From contig NMRA01000237.1 in the NCBI GenBank assembly GCA_002633005.1, forward strand, positions 434,001-498,000: a stretch of DNA of 64,000 nucleotides. The letters run 5' to 3'. Below the pieces are notes generated by a model. It worked only from the letters and a program-made list of their open reading frames with translations. It was not told the origin of the DNA and searched no databases. The position numbers were made by a program, and so were the translations under genes. Below are positions 35,001-48,800 of the stretch, piece by piece. Positions within the stretch are counted from its first letter, which is position 1. Every line of letters starts with the position of its first letter. Source of the DNA: Phoronis australis. Lineage: Eukaryota > Animalia > Phoronida.

Positions 35001-36817
35001 AAACATCTCGTTGTGATTTATTTGCGTAATGGTCACCAAATATGGAGACAAAATTTGAGTTCTCATTTTCTTTGGTCATTCTGTGATTGGAACAGATATG
35101 TGTTATTTTTAGCTGAATAAACCACATCATTTTTATTTTATCTTACTTTGAAGTTGGCCATTTTTGATCGCTGATGACTAGTGCTCAGTATTACTTTAAC
35201 TTCCAACGGTGGGATTTTTTCAGCCTGGTGATGGTGTGAGAGTTAAAAGCAGTTAAATATAGGAGAGATAATTTGTGGTATGTAGGCTAGCTTTGTTTTG
35301 TGAACCCAGGTTGTTCCCATTTGATATTGCAAATAATTAACTCAAGTGTCTATAAATATGATCTTTATTACAATGAAGTGTTATTTTATAAAATGCTCAA
35401 TATTCACCGTCTATGTAAGGTTCTACTGAATTTAATAAAATGTTGCGCCTGCTAGCATCTTTATTTAAAGCAATCATATTTATGATAGTACTAGAAAGGT
35501 TGAATTAACGTTTTTTCAAATATATATTGTAGCATTAATGAGTTTTCGCACCTAACCTGTTAGTGCCATTTCAATTTACATTCCTTGAGAGGGACTCTGT
35601 GTGCCTTGCTTATTTGTAAGAGCTGTATTTCTTAAAACAGTGGTGATTATTTTTATATTCATATGAAGTGTTATTTGATACATGTGACACCCTAGGAACA
35701 ATTGAGCTAATTGGAAAAACCTGTGGAGATAGTTTATTTTCAAATTTCTCTAATTCAGCCATAATGTCTGTGTGTTGTTTTGGCTAATTACTGTATAAAT
35801 TCCTCACATCCCACTGATGATTTTACTGTTAGTGTATACTAATCTCAGCAGTTGTTCTGGTGAAAGTACCCCACAATTTCTCCCCAAATCATGGATAGCA
35901 AATTTTGTTATTTTCTTAGTAGCATAGATGTAATCAAAAGCATTTGAGGAGTCTAAAAATAGCATCTCAAGAGCACAAGCCCACTGGGCTGTCACGGAAG
36001 AGTCTGGTAGATCAGATGATTGGGCAAGAGCTCAGCTTGTTATTCTTTTGGAACCCATCTTTGCTCAAGCTGGCCTCTTAATTATATCGTCTCAGGTTTT
36101 ACTCTCCTTCCCAGTTCTCCCGTAACAAGGCTGGGGTGAGCACTTTCGTTAACGCTCTGGGCTATCAGGTTAGCTTCTGGCTTTAAAAGCTTTTCATTCT
36201 CTTGGGTTCTTATTCCTTTTCTTATTTTGTTGTACAAAGAGATTATGCAATACTGTTTAATTTGTGTTTTTGGATTGAGATTCATGTATACTACCGTATA
36301 CTCTTGATCTTCTTGTGGTCTGAGTTTGGACATTCTGTTGCCTTCTTTCCATTGTTTTTCAATCTCTCTGTTCTCTTTGTTGAAGGTTGACTAGAATGTT
36401 GTATTCTGTTTGTCCATGGGTATTGCAGTTAAAATAACATTTTATAATGCCATTTTTGTTTTGCCCAGAAAATCTTTGCCATCTATTCAATTTCCTTTAT
36501 TTTCTGTTTTATCTTTAGCGTTTGTGAAGAAAAAGGATTTTTTTGTTTATTTTCGAATTTTCTTGATGTTAAATGCTGAAGCATCCCAAGCCACATGCAA
36601 GTGTTGTTAATAGGTCCTAGCTGGTGCTTTCTTCTATACTGTCTATTGCCTTAATAAACACCAATCCTACCAGGACAAGTGGGCATTATTAGTCATTACA
36701 GTCACTCGAGTTTACTTAAGAACCTTTTTATGTACACTGCATTGCCTGTTGTGTTTTGAATGGTGTTGTGTTTCGCAAGATGTGCAGGCCTTGGGCTCTA
36801 AGCATTTCCCTGGCCCT

Positions 36818-36849
<32 letters not shown>

Positions 36850-39800
36850 TGACTCTCGTTCTGACTGGCTTTGAGCACTCTCTCTTCCTCCTTGCCAGTC
36901 CCAGAGTTCACTGTAAAGATGTCCGGCGCCATCGAGGAGGTCCACCTCGGCACGACGCACAGGTTCGAGTGCCAGGTGATAGGTATTCCTCGACCGAAGA
37001 TCTCGTGGTTTAAAAATGAGGAGAATATCACGCAAAATCCACGGTACAAGTTCTCTATAACCGAAGACGGATACATTTGCATGTTCATTGAGGATATTAC
37101 GTTGAAAGACGAGGGAAGGTACATATGTCAAGCAGAGAACTCAGAGGGCAGGGCAACTACAGCGGCATACCTAATGGTTAAAGGTTCGTTAACAAATTTT
37201 TATTGTGAATTCCCACAGTCATAGAATATAGGGTGACTACCTTGATATTTTAATTTATGTTGCAAATATTCCTTAGTGTACTTTAACGAGTTTTTTCATA
37301 TCTGTTAGGTTGAGTGGGTAGAAGTGTGCTTTTTTGTGTTATACAACTATTTGGCTGTTGTAATTTTTGCCAAGAATATCTTCAAAAATTTGCAGAACAC
37401 CAAATTCACTTGAATGCTGCCACCGCAGTTAGGCGTTACTGGTCCTGTTTGCTCCTCACTGAGTGCACTGTTGGGAAATTAAATAATTTGCCAACTTTCA
37501 CAAAAATAACTGAACTGTATATGCAAGAACATACATGTCTTAAAAAATAACTCAATCAGTTGAGGGTGACTTGTGCTTCACCCCTTGTGATGGCAACTGA
37601 GCACTTGGTTATTCCCTTCTGTGTACATATCTGCAGGAGTGAAGTTTATTTTGGTCCAACTTCATGAGTCTCCAATTAGAGAGATGACGTAGTTTGAGGT
37701 TTTCATCACTTATCAGGCGAGAGTCCATACGTCAGTGTGTTCATTCAGTTTTACAAGCTTCATCGATCTTCTGAAATTCTTCTGTTCCTCATGGCTACTT
37801 CAAAGATCATTAAAATTGTTGTTCTTGTAGTCATAAAAAATTTTATTTTAGGGCATTTTAGGCTCAAAGCTTATTACATAAAGTGAAGTACAGTTGCCTT
37901 TTAAAGAATACTGTTTTAGCTTAAATTTAAGTTATTTTAACATTTATGCCAATCTTGAAAGAGTTTGTCTGACAAACATATCTTTTAAAGGCACACGTAC
38001 CTGAAAGTTATGAAATACCAAAAGGAGATTCTCATTGGCCACTGCAAAACTATTGCAGAAAATATGAATCCTCGTGATATCTTTAGGAGATAGAAAACAT
38101 CTGGAACCAACAGGCCAAAGTTAATTAACCAAATTCCGGATGAATTCATTTATCTTGTCCTGGGGATCCTTTGGCCAATAGACCATCCTTTTCACTGCCA
38201 TATGTGGTTAAGGTGGCATTGTGAGGTGCAAACGTTATTAGATGTTATGAGCATTGAGGAGTACTTAGGTACACATTGGTTTACAATAGTCACTTACAGA
38301 GGTGAGAACCAGTTTAATGCCTGTTATTCAGTGGAGAAAACTGGTTATCAAAATCCATGACTTGTGCAAGTGACTGTTACCATTCTCCCTGCCAGAATTG
38401 AATTTCTTGAGACATTATCTATTTAAAATGGATGATTTCAACTCACCGACAATGAGTTTTCAATAAGTGCTCTACATGAATTGCAGGTTCATCTGGGAGA
38501 CACAAATGCATTCTAACATTAAAATTTCCTCTTGGCTGTTGGTGGTTACTTTCAAATTACAATTATGATTATCTAGGTTGTGGTATTTGAAGGGATTTGG
38601 TATACTGCATGGAGTTGTCAGACATGCTCAAAAAATGTGTGGGTTAATTTGTCAAGGCTCACTGACTATTTCTTGGTTTCACAAAGTTATTTGCTGTAGC
38701 AGAAGATACCTTTTAGTAAATACTGTGTTTACTGCCGGATTAAGTCTAAAAAGGTTAATGGTTAAAAGCGCAATGGTTAATTGATTAAAAGTGTACAGTA
38801 AAATCTCACCAGTTTTCAAAGACTTCAAACATTGTTGTGAATATGTCCCCAGTTTCTCAAAAGATGCTCTGATGGTAGCTGTGGTGTAAATCTTTAAAAT
38901 GATAAGCCACTTGTTTGGTGCTGTTTATCTTTAGTGAAAAATATTAAAAACTATTTAATTCACTTTCCTACTTCATTGCCTCATAAATGGGTGAGATTGA
39001 ACCTTAACTAACCACTAATAGGTTTAAACCTATAAAGGCACAATGCTCTTTGTTGAGACATCTGCTATTCTTTTGATTGCAAGACTATAATGTTCAAATC
39101 TAACATAAAATCTGCATAGGTGTGCTATTTTTATGATTTAGAATCAAAGTCCTATGGTGAAATCTGAGTGGTTGTAAAATTTCATTTTAATAGTGATGTA
39201 AGACAGGAAAACAAAACAACAATAAGGGATTATGAAATTAAATTGAATTAAAGTATCCACTGTCATCAGAAACCGTGGTAATAAAAAACGTCATCAAGCA
39301 TGACATGGGGTCTGTTTTATAAAAAGTGTCTTAGAACTGAAGTCAGAAATTTCATCGTGTGGTCCCCTTTCATGGTCATTGAATAAAGATTTAGCCATGT
39401 AGTAATTATCACATGATCAAATAGTTCTGGGAAATTAACATTGATGGATTCATTCTCAGAAACCTGGTAAATTTGATAAAGTCCGATTTAATTATTTTTC
39501 AGAAACAGTTGTGTGTATTGTAGTGGCATATAATGTGAGGGCTTAGTTGTTATGCATTAGGTAGGATGGAAAAGTTAGAGGAGATAATGAAAATTTTTGT
39601 GTTTGAGGTAAGCCATTTAGTTCTCCTGTCTTTAATTTTTCGGTCTGATATGGCTCTTTTGATGTCTATGTGGGGGGAAATTAGGATGTCGTATTTTTGT
39701 ACAACTATTTATATTTGTATTGTTTTTTCGATCACGTGTTCTGTGGATGAATATGTTGTAGGTTACAGGCAGATGTGCTTTCCTGTTCTCAGTATTCTGG

Positions 39801-42800
39801 CTGTCAGTCATTTCGACATACAAATTTAGGCATACTGTTTTGGCAAATCTTGTGGAGAACTGTTAGCAAGTCAAAGAATGCGAGTTATTTTTACCAGACC
39901 TCCCTGAATCACTTAGAAAAAAGATAAACTAAGAGAGTCTAATTTGTGGCAGAGATTAAGTTCCGATTAATTGTGCAAGACTGTGGTTTTGTTGCTGGTG
40001 GCAATTGACCATTTTACGGATTACGAAACTGATGCGTACGCATCCCAGAGGGTAGATTTGTGAGATAGGAGTCAACTTACCCGAAGTCAGGGCAATAACG
40101 GTCTGCTCGGTAAGGCCCAAAAAAGCATAGTTGGTTCAGGTCTGTGTTTTTTTCTTGGAACTCAAGTCAGTGATGTGGAATATTTAGTTGTTCACTTTTT
40201 CAAAAAAGAAAATCCACCTTGCTTTGTTTGGCCTTATCCTCTGCTTGGTAGGCTGGCAGACATTATATTGGATAGATGCTACTTGGTTAAGTTGCATCTA
40301 TCATAATAAACTAAAGTTTTGCTGATTGAAATGCTACTATGGAATGATCTCTTTACATATCGCATGTGGTGACATCTAGTGGATGCATTAGTTTGGATGA
40401 CAGGTATCCCACAATCCTTTGTTTATATAGGTTCTGAAAAGAGAGATTTTGAGATATTTTATTTCACTTTAGGTAACATTTGTGTTGATGCGAAAGGTCT
40501 TCTACACTGGTTAATTTAGTTGATCATAGGTGACCTGGGTCTCCCTCCACTTCAGATATAACCAACAGTATAGGCATGCCATTTTTGTGTTGTCATGAAT
40601 GTTGGTCCTTCTGAACTTGTGGTTGCCCCCCCCCCTCCCCCCCCTCCTACCTGCAGCTTACTATATCTGTCAGTGCATTACAAAGGAGGTTATTGTGTGG
40701 ATGGTCTTATCTATAGGAACATTGTGAAATAATGTGATAACAATTTTGCACTGGCGTGCTATTTTTGGGTTTCCAAAATGCTGATTCTTCTGAAATTGTG
40801 GGGCCCCACTCATGACATATTAGATACGCAAATGTTCTAAAAGTGAGATTGTCATGTGGATGGCTTTTTCTACTGAAACACATAAAATGAACACCATGAT
40901 AGCAGACAAATGGGATTTCATTTTGTGTACTTTTGCAACAAAAATGACTTAGTATGGTTTGTGCACGGCAGGCGGGTGGATGTCGCCTGGCAACATTATG
41001 TGAAGTTTGAAACATTTATAGGAACACAGTATGCCTTGGAAAATACAAAAAAATGCAATTCTAGGAATTATTTTTGTCCCATATTGAGGATTTTTTGTCT
41101 TGAGCAAAAGTCAATATACAATGTACATGCTTGTTATATTTATCTAACAATTCACATACCTGAAAAAACTTGCTCAGTGCCTGTCCATGCGTACAATGAT
41201 TTAATCATAGAATTACTGAAATTAATCAAAATTAAAATTTTCTTCAACACCCACAATTAAGTATAACTTTGATACTCATTGTCTTTGTTAGCAACCACAA
41301 TCAGTACAAGCCAAAAGTATTCAGACAAAACGACCCAGAATTCCTCGTAATGATGGCTGAGTGGAAGCCGAATTCATCATCAGAGTTAAGTCTTCTCTCA
41401 TGACTGAGAATGGCGTGGACTGGGTAACAGGAGTTAGTAGGGTGATTAAGCCATTTTGTAATTAGGATTTTACCACTCTAATAGTTATAACCAGTAATTG
41501 TTTTGCTTGTTAACATAGCAACTGGCATGATGGGAGAAAACAGCATTTTGTCTTGTACTGTAAGTAAGACATTTTCTAACTCAAATGAGTGCTGTTGAAT
41601 CCTTAATTGTTCAAGCACTGCACATTCAACAAGGCAAGTCTTTGGAATGTTGTTATAGCCATGATGCTCTCTATCATTAAGCCTATTTATATATATATAT
41701 ATATATACATAGTAAAGGGGAAATAACTTTCATTTTGGTCACAGTTTAATGAGGAATAATATGATGAACGCAAATATATGCAATGATAATATATTCCAAA
41801 GTCCACCATTTCAGTTCAGTCGTGAACCATCTCCAGGGTTACAAAATAAGTCCGAAGAAAAATAATGTTTGCGTTCATCACGTTATTCCTCATTGGTAGT
41901 GCTATAAACGTGGCGCTTCTGTCAAAAACAGCTTTCTATCATTTAGGCCACTTGACAGTCTCATCTTGTTCTTTAATTAGATTAGAAATGATTTCTAGAC
42001 TTGAGATGAAATGACAGGTCCTTGTTGTGGGATTCTAGAAAATGTATAAATTTTCTAAACCTGTAAACACCATAGTGTCAGAGTGACTGAGTTGATATGA
42101 AAGTCTATTAGATAACATTCTTCGTGTGGTGTTTTCCAAAAAATATCAGGATTTGTTTTTAAAATGTTGCACTTTTCCAAGGGCTATAAAAACTAGGATT
42201 TTTATTAAAAAACTCGAAATTTGCATAAAATGGAAATGAAACTGCAACAGCATTTTTGGAGTTTTCATCTTGAAACATTTATGACAAATAAAACTTCATT
42301 GTGTTCGTGATACCATTGTTCTGCTATTCTTGTACCTTTTTTCCTAAAATTTTCTAAAAAGATGTGATCATGTGACCTAATTAAGGGTGGATTGGTAAAA
42401 AGTCGAAAATCAAATTCTGCAGAATTTCTACTTCTATAAAATGTATCTACTGTCATTGAGTAATCGACATCTAGTTTTGCAGATAGTTGTCAAAATACTC
42501 AAATTTAAGTCTATAGGTGCTACATAACCTTAAGTAGTTTGTCAGTGGTTGCCATGACAACGGTCATCAAAGGAATGTTAGTTGATTTATTTATTGTGAC
42601 CCAAAGGTAAGAATTGGAAGATAATTGCTTTGGGAGAACAAATATGCCTCTGAAAGACTTTGATGTTTTGACACCTTGATTTGATTTAATATTGCCTTAT
42701 AACTACATTCTGTGGAAAAAAAAGATCTAGCTAAATTACGTAAATAATATATTTTTTTTTTGAAATTTGTCAGGAGCAGGAGTATTTCCAAATTTCGATG

Positions 42801-45800
42801 ACTGTTGTCTTAATTTTTATGTAGTTTAACAGAGCTTCCTCTCATGAAATCTAGAACCAGATCTATGTCCTTCACTTGCTTATTTTTATGGTGTAAAATG
42901 CTTTAATACCGTCTTAAAACATGTCATATAATTAAAATATAAAATCAGGCGAATATAGATGGCACAAAGTTTTAAATCTGATTTTCATTAAACCTAGTTC
43001 CTTATTCTACTGTTTTTATTTGTTTGTTTTTGTCTGTGTGCTCAGTGCAAAAGTGTAGGCTGGTTACTAAACTTCATTGGATCTGTTATCCAATCTTACA
43101 TAGAAAGTGATTCTAGCCACAGTTTATACACCTTTTAGTATCGAGATCAAATAAACCCCAGCTAACTGGAAATATTCAGGTTCATATTTAGTGACCTCTT
43201 GATTGTAAGTTTTGAAGGTATTTCACTTTTTCAATTGGACTCCTATATTCTGAGTTATGGATCGGCCACGTACTGAATTCATGAAAAATTTGGTTGCTTT
43301 TAAAATTTAAGTTGCTGGATCCTTGTTTTTATCATTTTTGATTGGTTTTGAGTTGTTTGGAATTGAGACCAGTAAAGATTTTATGAACTTTCACAATGTT
43401 TTGAATTTTTTGACATGGACGTCGGAATTTGGTTGCCAATGTTTCAGTCTAGTCTGCGAACACTGGTTAAAATTTCCAATGCTTATAGTTAGAGAATGTA
43501 AGGACAAGGTGCTTAGGGGATCTTTTGTAAACAAATCAAAGGTCATGATTCATTTTGACGTATGATCAAAAACTTGGAATTTGAATTTTGCTAGCTCCAC
43601 TCTAACACTTAGATAAAGCTGAGAAAGTCAAGTATTTTTTATAATTCTACTTGAACTTGAGTGCCAGTCAGTGCAGCCTAGGGCCGAGTTCTGTAGACCC
43701 AAGACACTCATTAGAAAACTTTAGGTGGTGTGATCATATGCTTCTCTCGTTATATATGGCGATATCTTGTGCAGACTTCCATGATCTTGCTTTTTCACAA
43801 AATTCTTGCATGTATGAAATGCAGCCCAACGATGCAAACCATGAGTAATTACTAAACTTGACTGCTGCAAAACTACAAATTTGTATTGGGGTTTCTAGGC
43901 AGCATGTTTCACTGGAGACTCGTGGGTAGATACTAATCTACCACTGATGAATCAGGTGTGTTCTAGCTCCCACCAACCAGTACCATCAATGACCTCTTTA
44001 ACTTGCTAGCAGCAGATGCCATACTGTGCTTGACATTTAGTAACAACATGTCTAGGTATTTCTAGTATGTTGAAGTTGGTAGGGAGCAGGCTTTCACAGG
44101 CATAGAATATCTGCTTCTTTAAAAAGAGTGTTGGGATGGTGTAACTTATTGAGAATATAATCTATAATCCTTATCTTAGATATAGGATAGTAAAGAGGCG
44201 CAGCACTGTTAACTTACCTTATTTCAGGAATCCTAAACAGTCTTTATTGTATACTAATTTTACTTTATTTATTCTTCTGACATGTACTTAAGTTATTGAA
44301 ATTCATTACACATTTGTGAACATAGCAGACGTGGCAGTGTGGCCTTGTTGGACAAATGTCGGCTTCCTTTACACAAATTCGTTTTCAACTCTATATATTC
44401 TGCATAAAACAAAAAAATGGTTCCAGGTGATCAGTGCTATAGGCCCACCTGACTAGCCTGTGCACGTCTGGTAGAACATGTACAGAACGCAATTATTTTA
44501 TAGCAGACATAACAACAGGTTGTTCACCGGGTTTTAGTTTAAATTTCTGTTGTAGGGCAATGGCGATATCGTGCACCATGTATGGTTGCAATTTGTGCAC
44601 CATGTACTTCACCTGGATAATTGATGATGTCCTTCGTGTGAAATATAAAAAGTGTAGGCCATTCTAATGGGGGGGAAAATGGAAGTGAAAAGAAATAAAC
44701 AAAATGAGCTGATATACAAATTAAACATTTTTTGATTTTTAAGATCTTGGTTTCATGAAATTAATTTAGTAAATTAGTGTATTGGCAACAACCTTGGTCT
44801 GTATTTATAGAAACATGTTCAGTACTAGCTGACATATTTTGTTTTATGAAGTTCACTTTTACTCCTGTCCCGTAACTGGTAACAGTTGCTGAATAAGGTT
44901 GAACAAGGTTGGTGGTTAGAAACATAATTCAAACTGACTATTTTAAGCATATTCAGTCACCAAAACTTCTTTTCATGCCAATTACTGACATTCAAAGTAA
45001 ACATATCCCATGACCTGTCAGCCTGTTTGAAAGTTCCCTGAAGTAAGAGTATCTGCCGCATTGCTGGCAAGGTTATACAGCTTAGGGATGGAATCTTGAA
45101 AAACGGTGGCCCAAAAAGCTTCAACAATATTGGGCTGCCTTGATGTAAGGTTGGGCACTTGGCTTGCCTGCAAGGACTATTCAAGATCAATGAACGTAAC
45201 TATGTGGTTGTGTCATTTTAGCTGATGTCATCGCAAAAGAAGCTCAAGATGCAGAAAGTTCTAAGGCAGCTACCATTATCCCAACAGACACGGAGCTTTC
45301 TGTGAAAGAAGATGAAATAACTGTGCTTTCGCCAACAGAAAATGGAGTATTGGAACCATCTGCAAAAGGACCAATTGACATTGACGGCAGTGACATTGTC
45401 TACATGGATGAGGAGGAAGAAAGTGTGAAGGATGACGGCAAAGTGTCTGTTGAAAGTGCAATAGAAGAGGCCAAGGAGGGTGCAATACAAGAAGACCTAA
45501 GTGCCATGACAGAGACGGATACCTCAACATCTGCAGCTGAGGAGCGAACATCTGTAGATGAAGATGTGGAAGGAAAGGAAGATGCAGTACACTTTGGTGA
45601 AGACGAAGTTGTTGTGGAGGAAGAAGTCAGTGCCATCTCAGCAGAGGTTGTCCATGAAACTGAAGGACTTGAAGAATCTGCCTTCCTAGATGAAGAGATT
45701 GCTAAAGATGAGGGAGGTGACGTTTCTGCTGAAGGGCAAGTTAGATCTGCTGCAGATTCAACAGAGTCGGAGGGTGGTGTTGATGTGGAACTGGCTGTGG

Positions 45801-48800
45801 CACCACAGATTGCAGAGAAACCTGGCAATGTGTCTGTGAAGGAGGGAGAAGATTTCACTCTTAATGTAAAGATTGCTGGTATGTGATTCTTGTAACTCTT
45901 ATAGATGGAATATTTATATGAGGGTTTCATAGATGAAAGTTATTATTTGATATTGGTAAACCATTTGTTAAGTACTCAAAAGAACATTAGATTTTTAGTG
46001 CCCGTTGTGGTGCCAGAGATGGATAGCACTGTTGATACCAAGTACAATATTCTTAACCGTGCTGCTTGAAAGCTAGTTTGCTTGATGACAAAAATGATAT
46101 TGCGCCAGCTGATGTCGGTTTCATCACATGACCTATTGGTAACAATGCATTTGTAAATGTGTTATATTTTGTAATCGACATTCTCAGGTACTCCAACACC
46201 AGAGGTGCTGTGGTTCAGAGGAGGCGAGCCTGTGAAGTCAGACGGTAGATTCACCATATCGAGTGTTGAAGAAAACTACAGCCTCACTGTGATCACAGCA
46301 GAACTATCTGATGCTGGTGAATATGCCGTCACCGCAGTCAACGCTGAGGGGAAGATTTTCTGCAGCATCAACGTCACAGTTGAAACCACGTGAGTATTAG
46401 GCTTAAAGTTATGGATGACCTTATCAACTATAGATTTTAATTCAGTAGAAGTATATACTTCCTGAAAGCAGGAAGCCTGTAGAATTGGATTTTTATTTTT
46501 ATTTTTTAACAATCTGCCATCGATTGGGTCATTTGACCACATTTTTGAATACAGTTTAGGAAAAAAGCAAGGTCCATTTGTTAGCGAAACATCAGTGCCA
46601 ATAACATGTATAAATTTCATTTTATGTTAACATTCAGATTGAAATCTCAAGAAGCTTGTTATAGTTTTCTAAATTATCATTTCGTTTTCATTTTATGCAA
46701 CTTTTGAGTTTTTTCATATCCCCTATGGGAAAATGGAAAATTTCAGAAGCAATTCCTTACAAGAAGCATAACATCTGAAAGTTTCATTTGAATGTGAACT
46801 GCCATTTCTGATACATGATGTTCAGAAGTTAGCCAAATTGCACATTTTCCTAGGGTCCTAGAAACCCTAAGTATGATATCTCAGTGATTTATTTTTAAAT
46901 ATTTTATTGAAACATTGTAAACTGACAAACATATGGCTGGTTTGGTCTTCAATATTAAATGGTTGTTTCTCATTTACACAGCGTGAAGCAGGAAGACACA
47001 CCACCAGAGTTTCTTGACAAGCCAGAGTCTATATCTGTTGTGGAACAGGAGTCTGCCAAGTTTACCTGCACTGTCAAAGGTGAGCGACATCTGTTGGATA
47101 CTGTAATAGTTCACTTACTGAGTGCACAATATGGCTAACAAGTGAACTTCTGTTTTGTTAAATTTGTCCACAAAAGCGAGAATATTTTAGTCGGTTACAA
47201 GCATAGTTTGCAGTGTGTAGATGTCATACAACAACATTTGTGAAAGACATGTTATTTGCAAAAAGGTAGTCAGCCATTGGATACTCGAAAAAATGACCAT
47301 TCCGACAATTCTTTTTGTGCAGAATAAAAGGATTACCGCACATCACATATTTCTATTACTGTGGACATTTTGGGATTGCTTTATTTTGGTCATCTTTCCA
47401 ATAATGATAAACATTGTAAGCTTTTTGCTTCCGTAGCCACGTCCAAGTTATTTGAAGATTATTTCATGATCAAATGCGATTATACAAATTGTTGTTCATG
47501 ACATATCCAGCTAATAGAAAGTTTTCAGGCCATATCCAATAGTTGGATTTATTCAAGTGTTTGAAATAATACTTTAAGAATTGGTGTATTTGCTTAATGT
47601 TTGTTTGGTCAATTATTTACACTCAGGTGTACCCACGCCTACTGTGTCCTGGTTCAGAGATGGTAAAGTGCTCAAGCCCAGTGACCACTACAAAATCAGT
47701 CAAGTGGACGGTGTTCACTCCCTGGAGATAGCCTGCACATCACTACTTGATGCTGGGGACTTTACTTGCACTGTCAATAACTCTGCTGGAGCAGTGTTTG
47801 CCACTGTCAACCTGCATATTGAGGGTAACAATACGTTGTGTGTATAAGACATCTACTTTAAGGATGTGTTATTGACAAGGGGGCGTATTTAGTCAAATGT
47901 CTGTTGATTTTACTTTTAGGAAAATATGTTTCTGAAATGAGAAAGACTTTAGGATTTGTTTTTTTACTTTTTGTCAGTTTGCCATTAATTGGGTCACGTT
48001 ACCATGTCTTTTAATAAAATTTAGCAAAAAAGAAAAGTACATTGATAGCAAAACAATATCAATAACGTGATCAAATATTGTTTGATGAAAATGTTCAATA
48101 TGAGATCTCAAAAACCTTGTTACAGTTTTCTGAAATATTTCAATTTCGTTTTATGCAACTTTGGTGTTGTTTCTTGAAAATCCGATCTTCAATAATGGAT
48201 CGCGCAAAGGAGGACGACTTTACAAATAATTCCAAATACTGTTTTGAAGTATAATGCATAACGCATAGTATCTGAAAATTCCATGTGGATTCTGAGTTGA
48301 CCATTTATGAGATATTATGTTCCGAAATTAGTTAATTTAGGACATTTTCCTATGATCCAACATAATCTTAAATTAGTTTACCCCTCTGTTTCTGCCGGGG
48401 ATGCATAAGGTTTCCACAGCAGTTCTGTCAAGGGCTGCGCTGTGCATTGCAGTAGTGGCTGATTCAGCAGCAAGTTATGGACATGGTACTGATCAGTGTC
48501 ATTTATGTTCAGCATATGTTTCGTGTTGAACATAGACGATGCGAAGCTCCATTACCAGAGATGAATAGGAGAATTGAGTTGGCAAAAATAGTCAACTATG
48601 ACATGACAATGGACATGATGCAAAAATACAATCTCATGTTGTGCCTTTGAAAGTCACGTGTCGTTCAGATGTGGGAAGTCCTACAGACAAAATGGTTAAG
48701 GAGCCCTCCATTCTTTCTTAAAAAATGTATTGGCTGTTTTCCACACTTTGCGTAAAGTATTAGAACTTGTTGCTGTATCCCCTATACTAAATACAAGACA

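Noticed and set aside
36712-37131. Minus-strand ORFs with ERERE tracts
   Set aside because: Translation of the (CT)n microsatellite plus antisense of the Ig exon.
41292-41430. Possible extra exon in the long obscurin intron
   Set aside because: After the ttgttag acceptor all three frames reach stops and no phase-1 donor fits.
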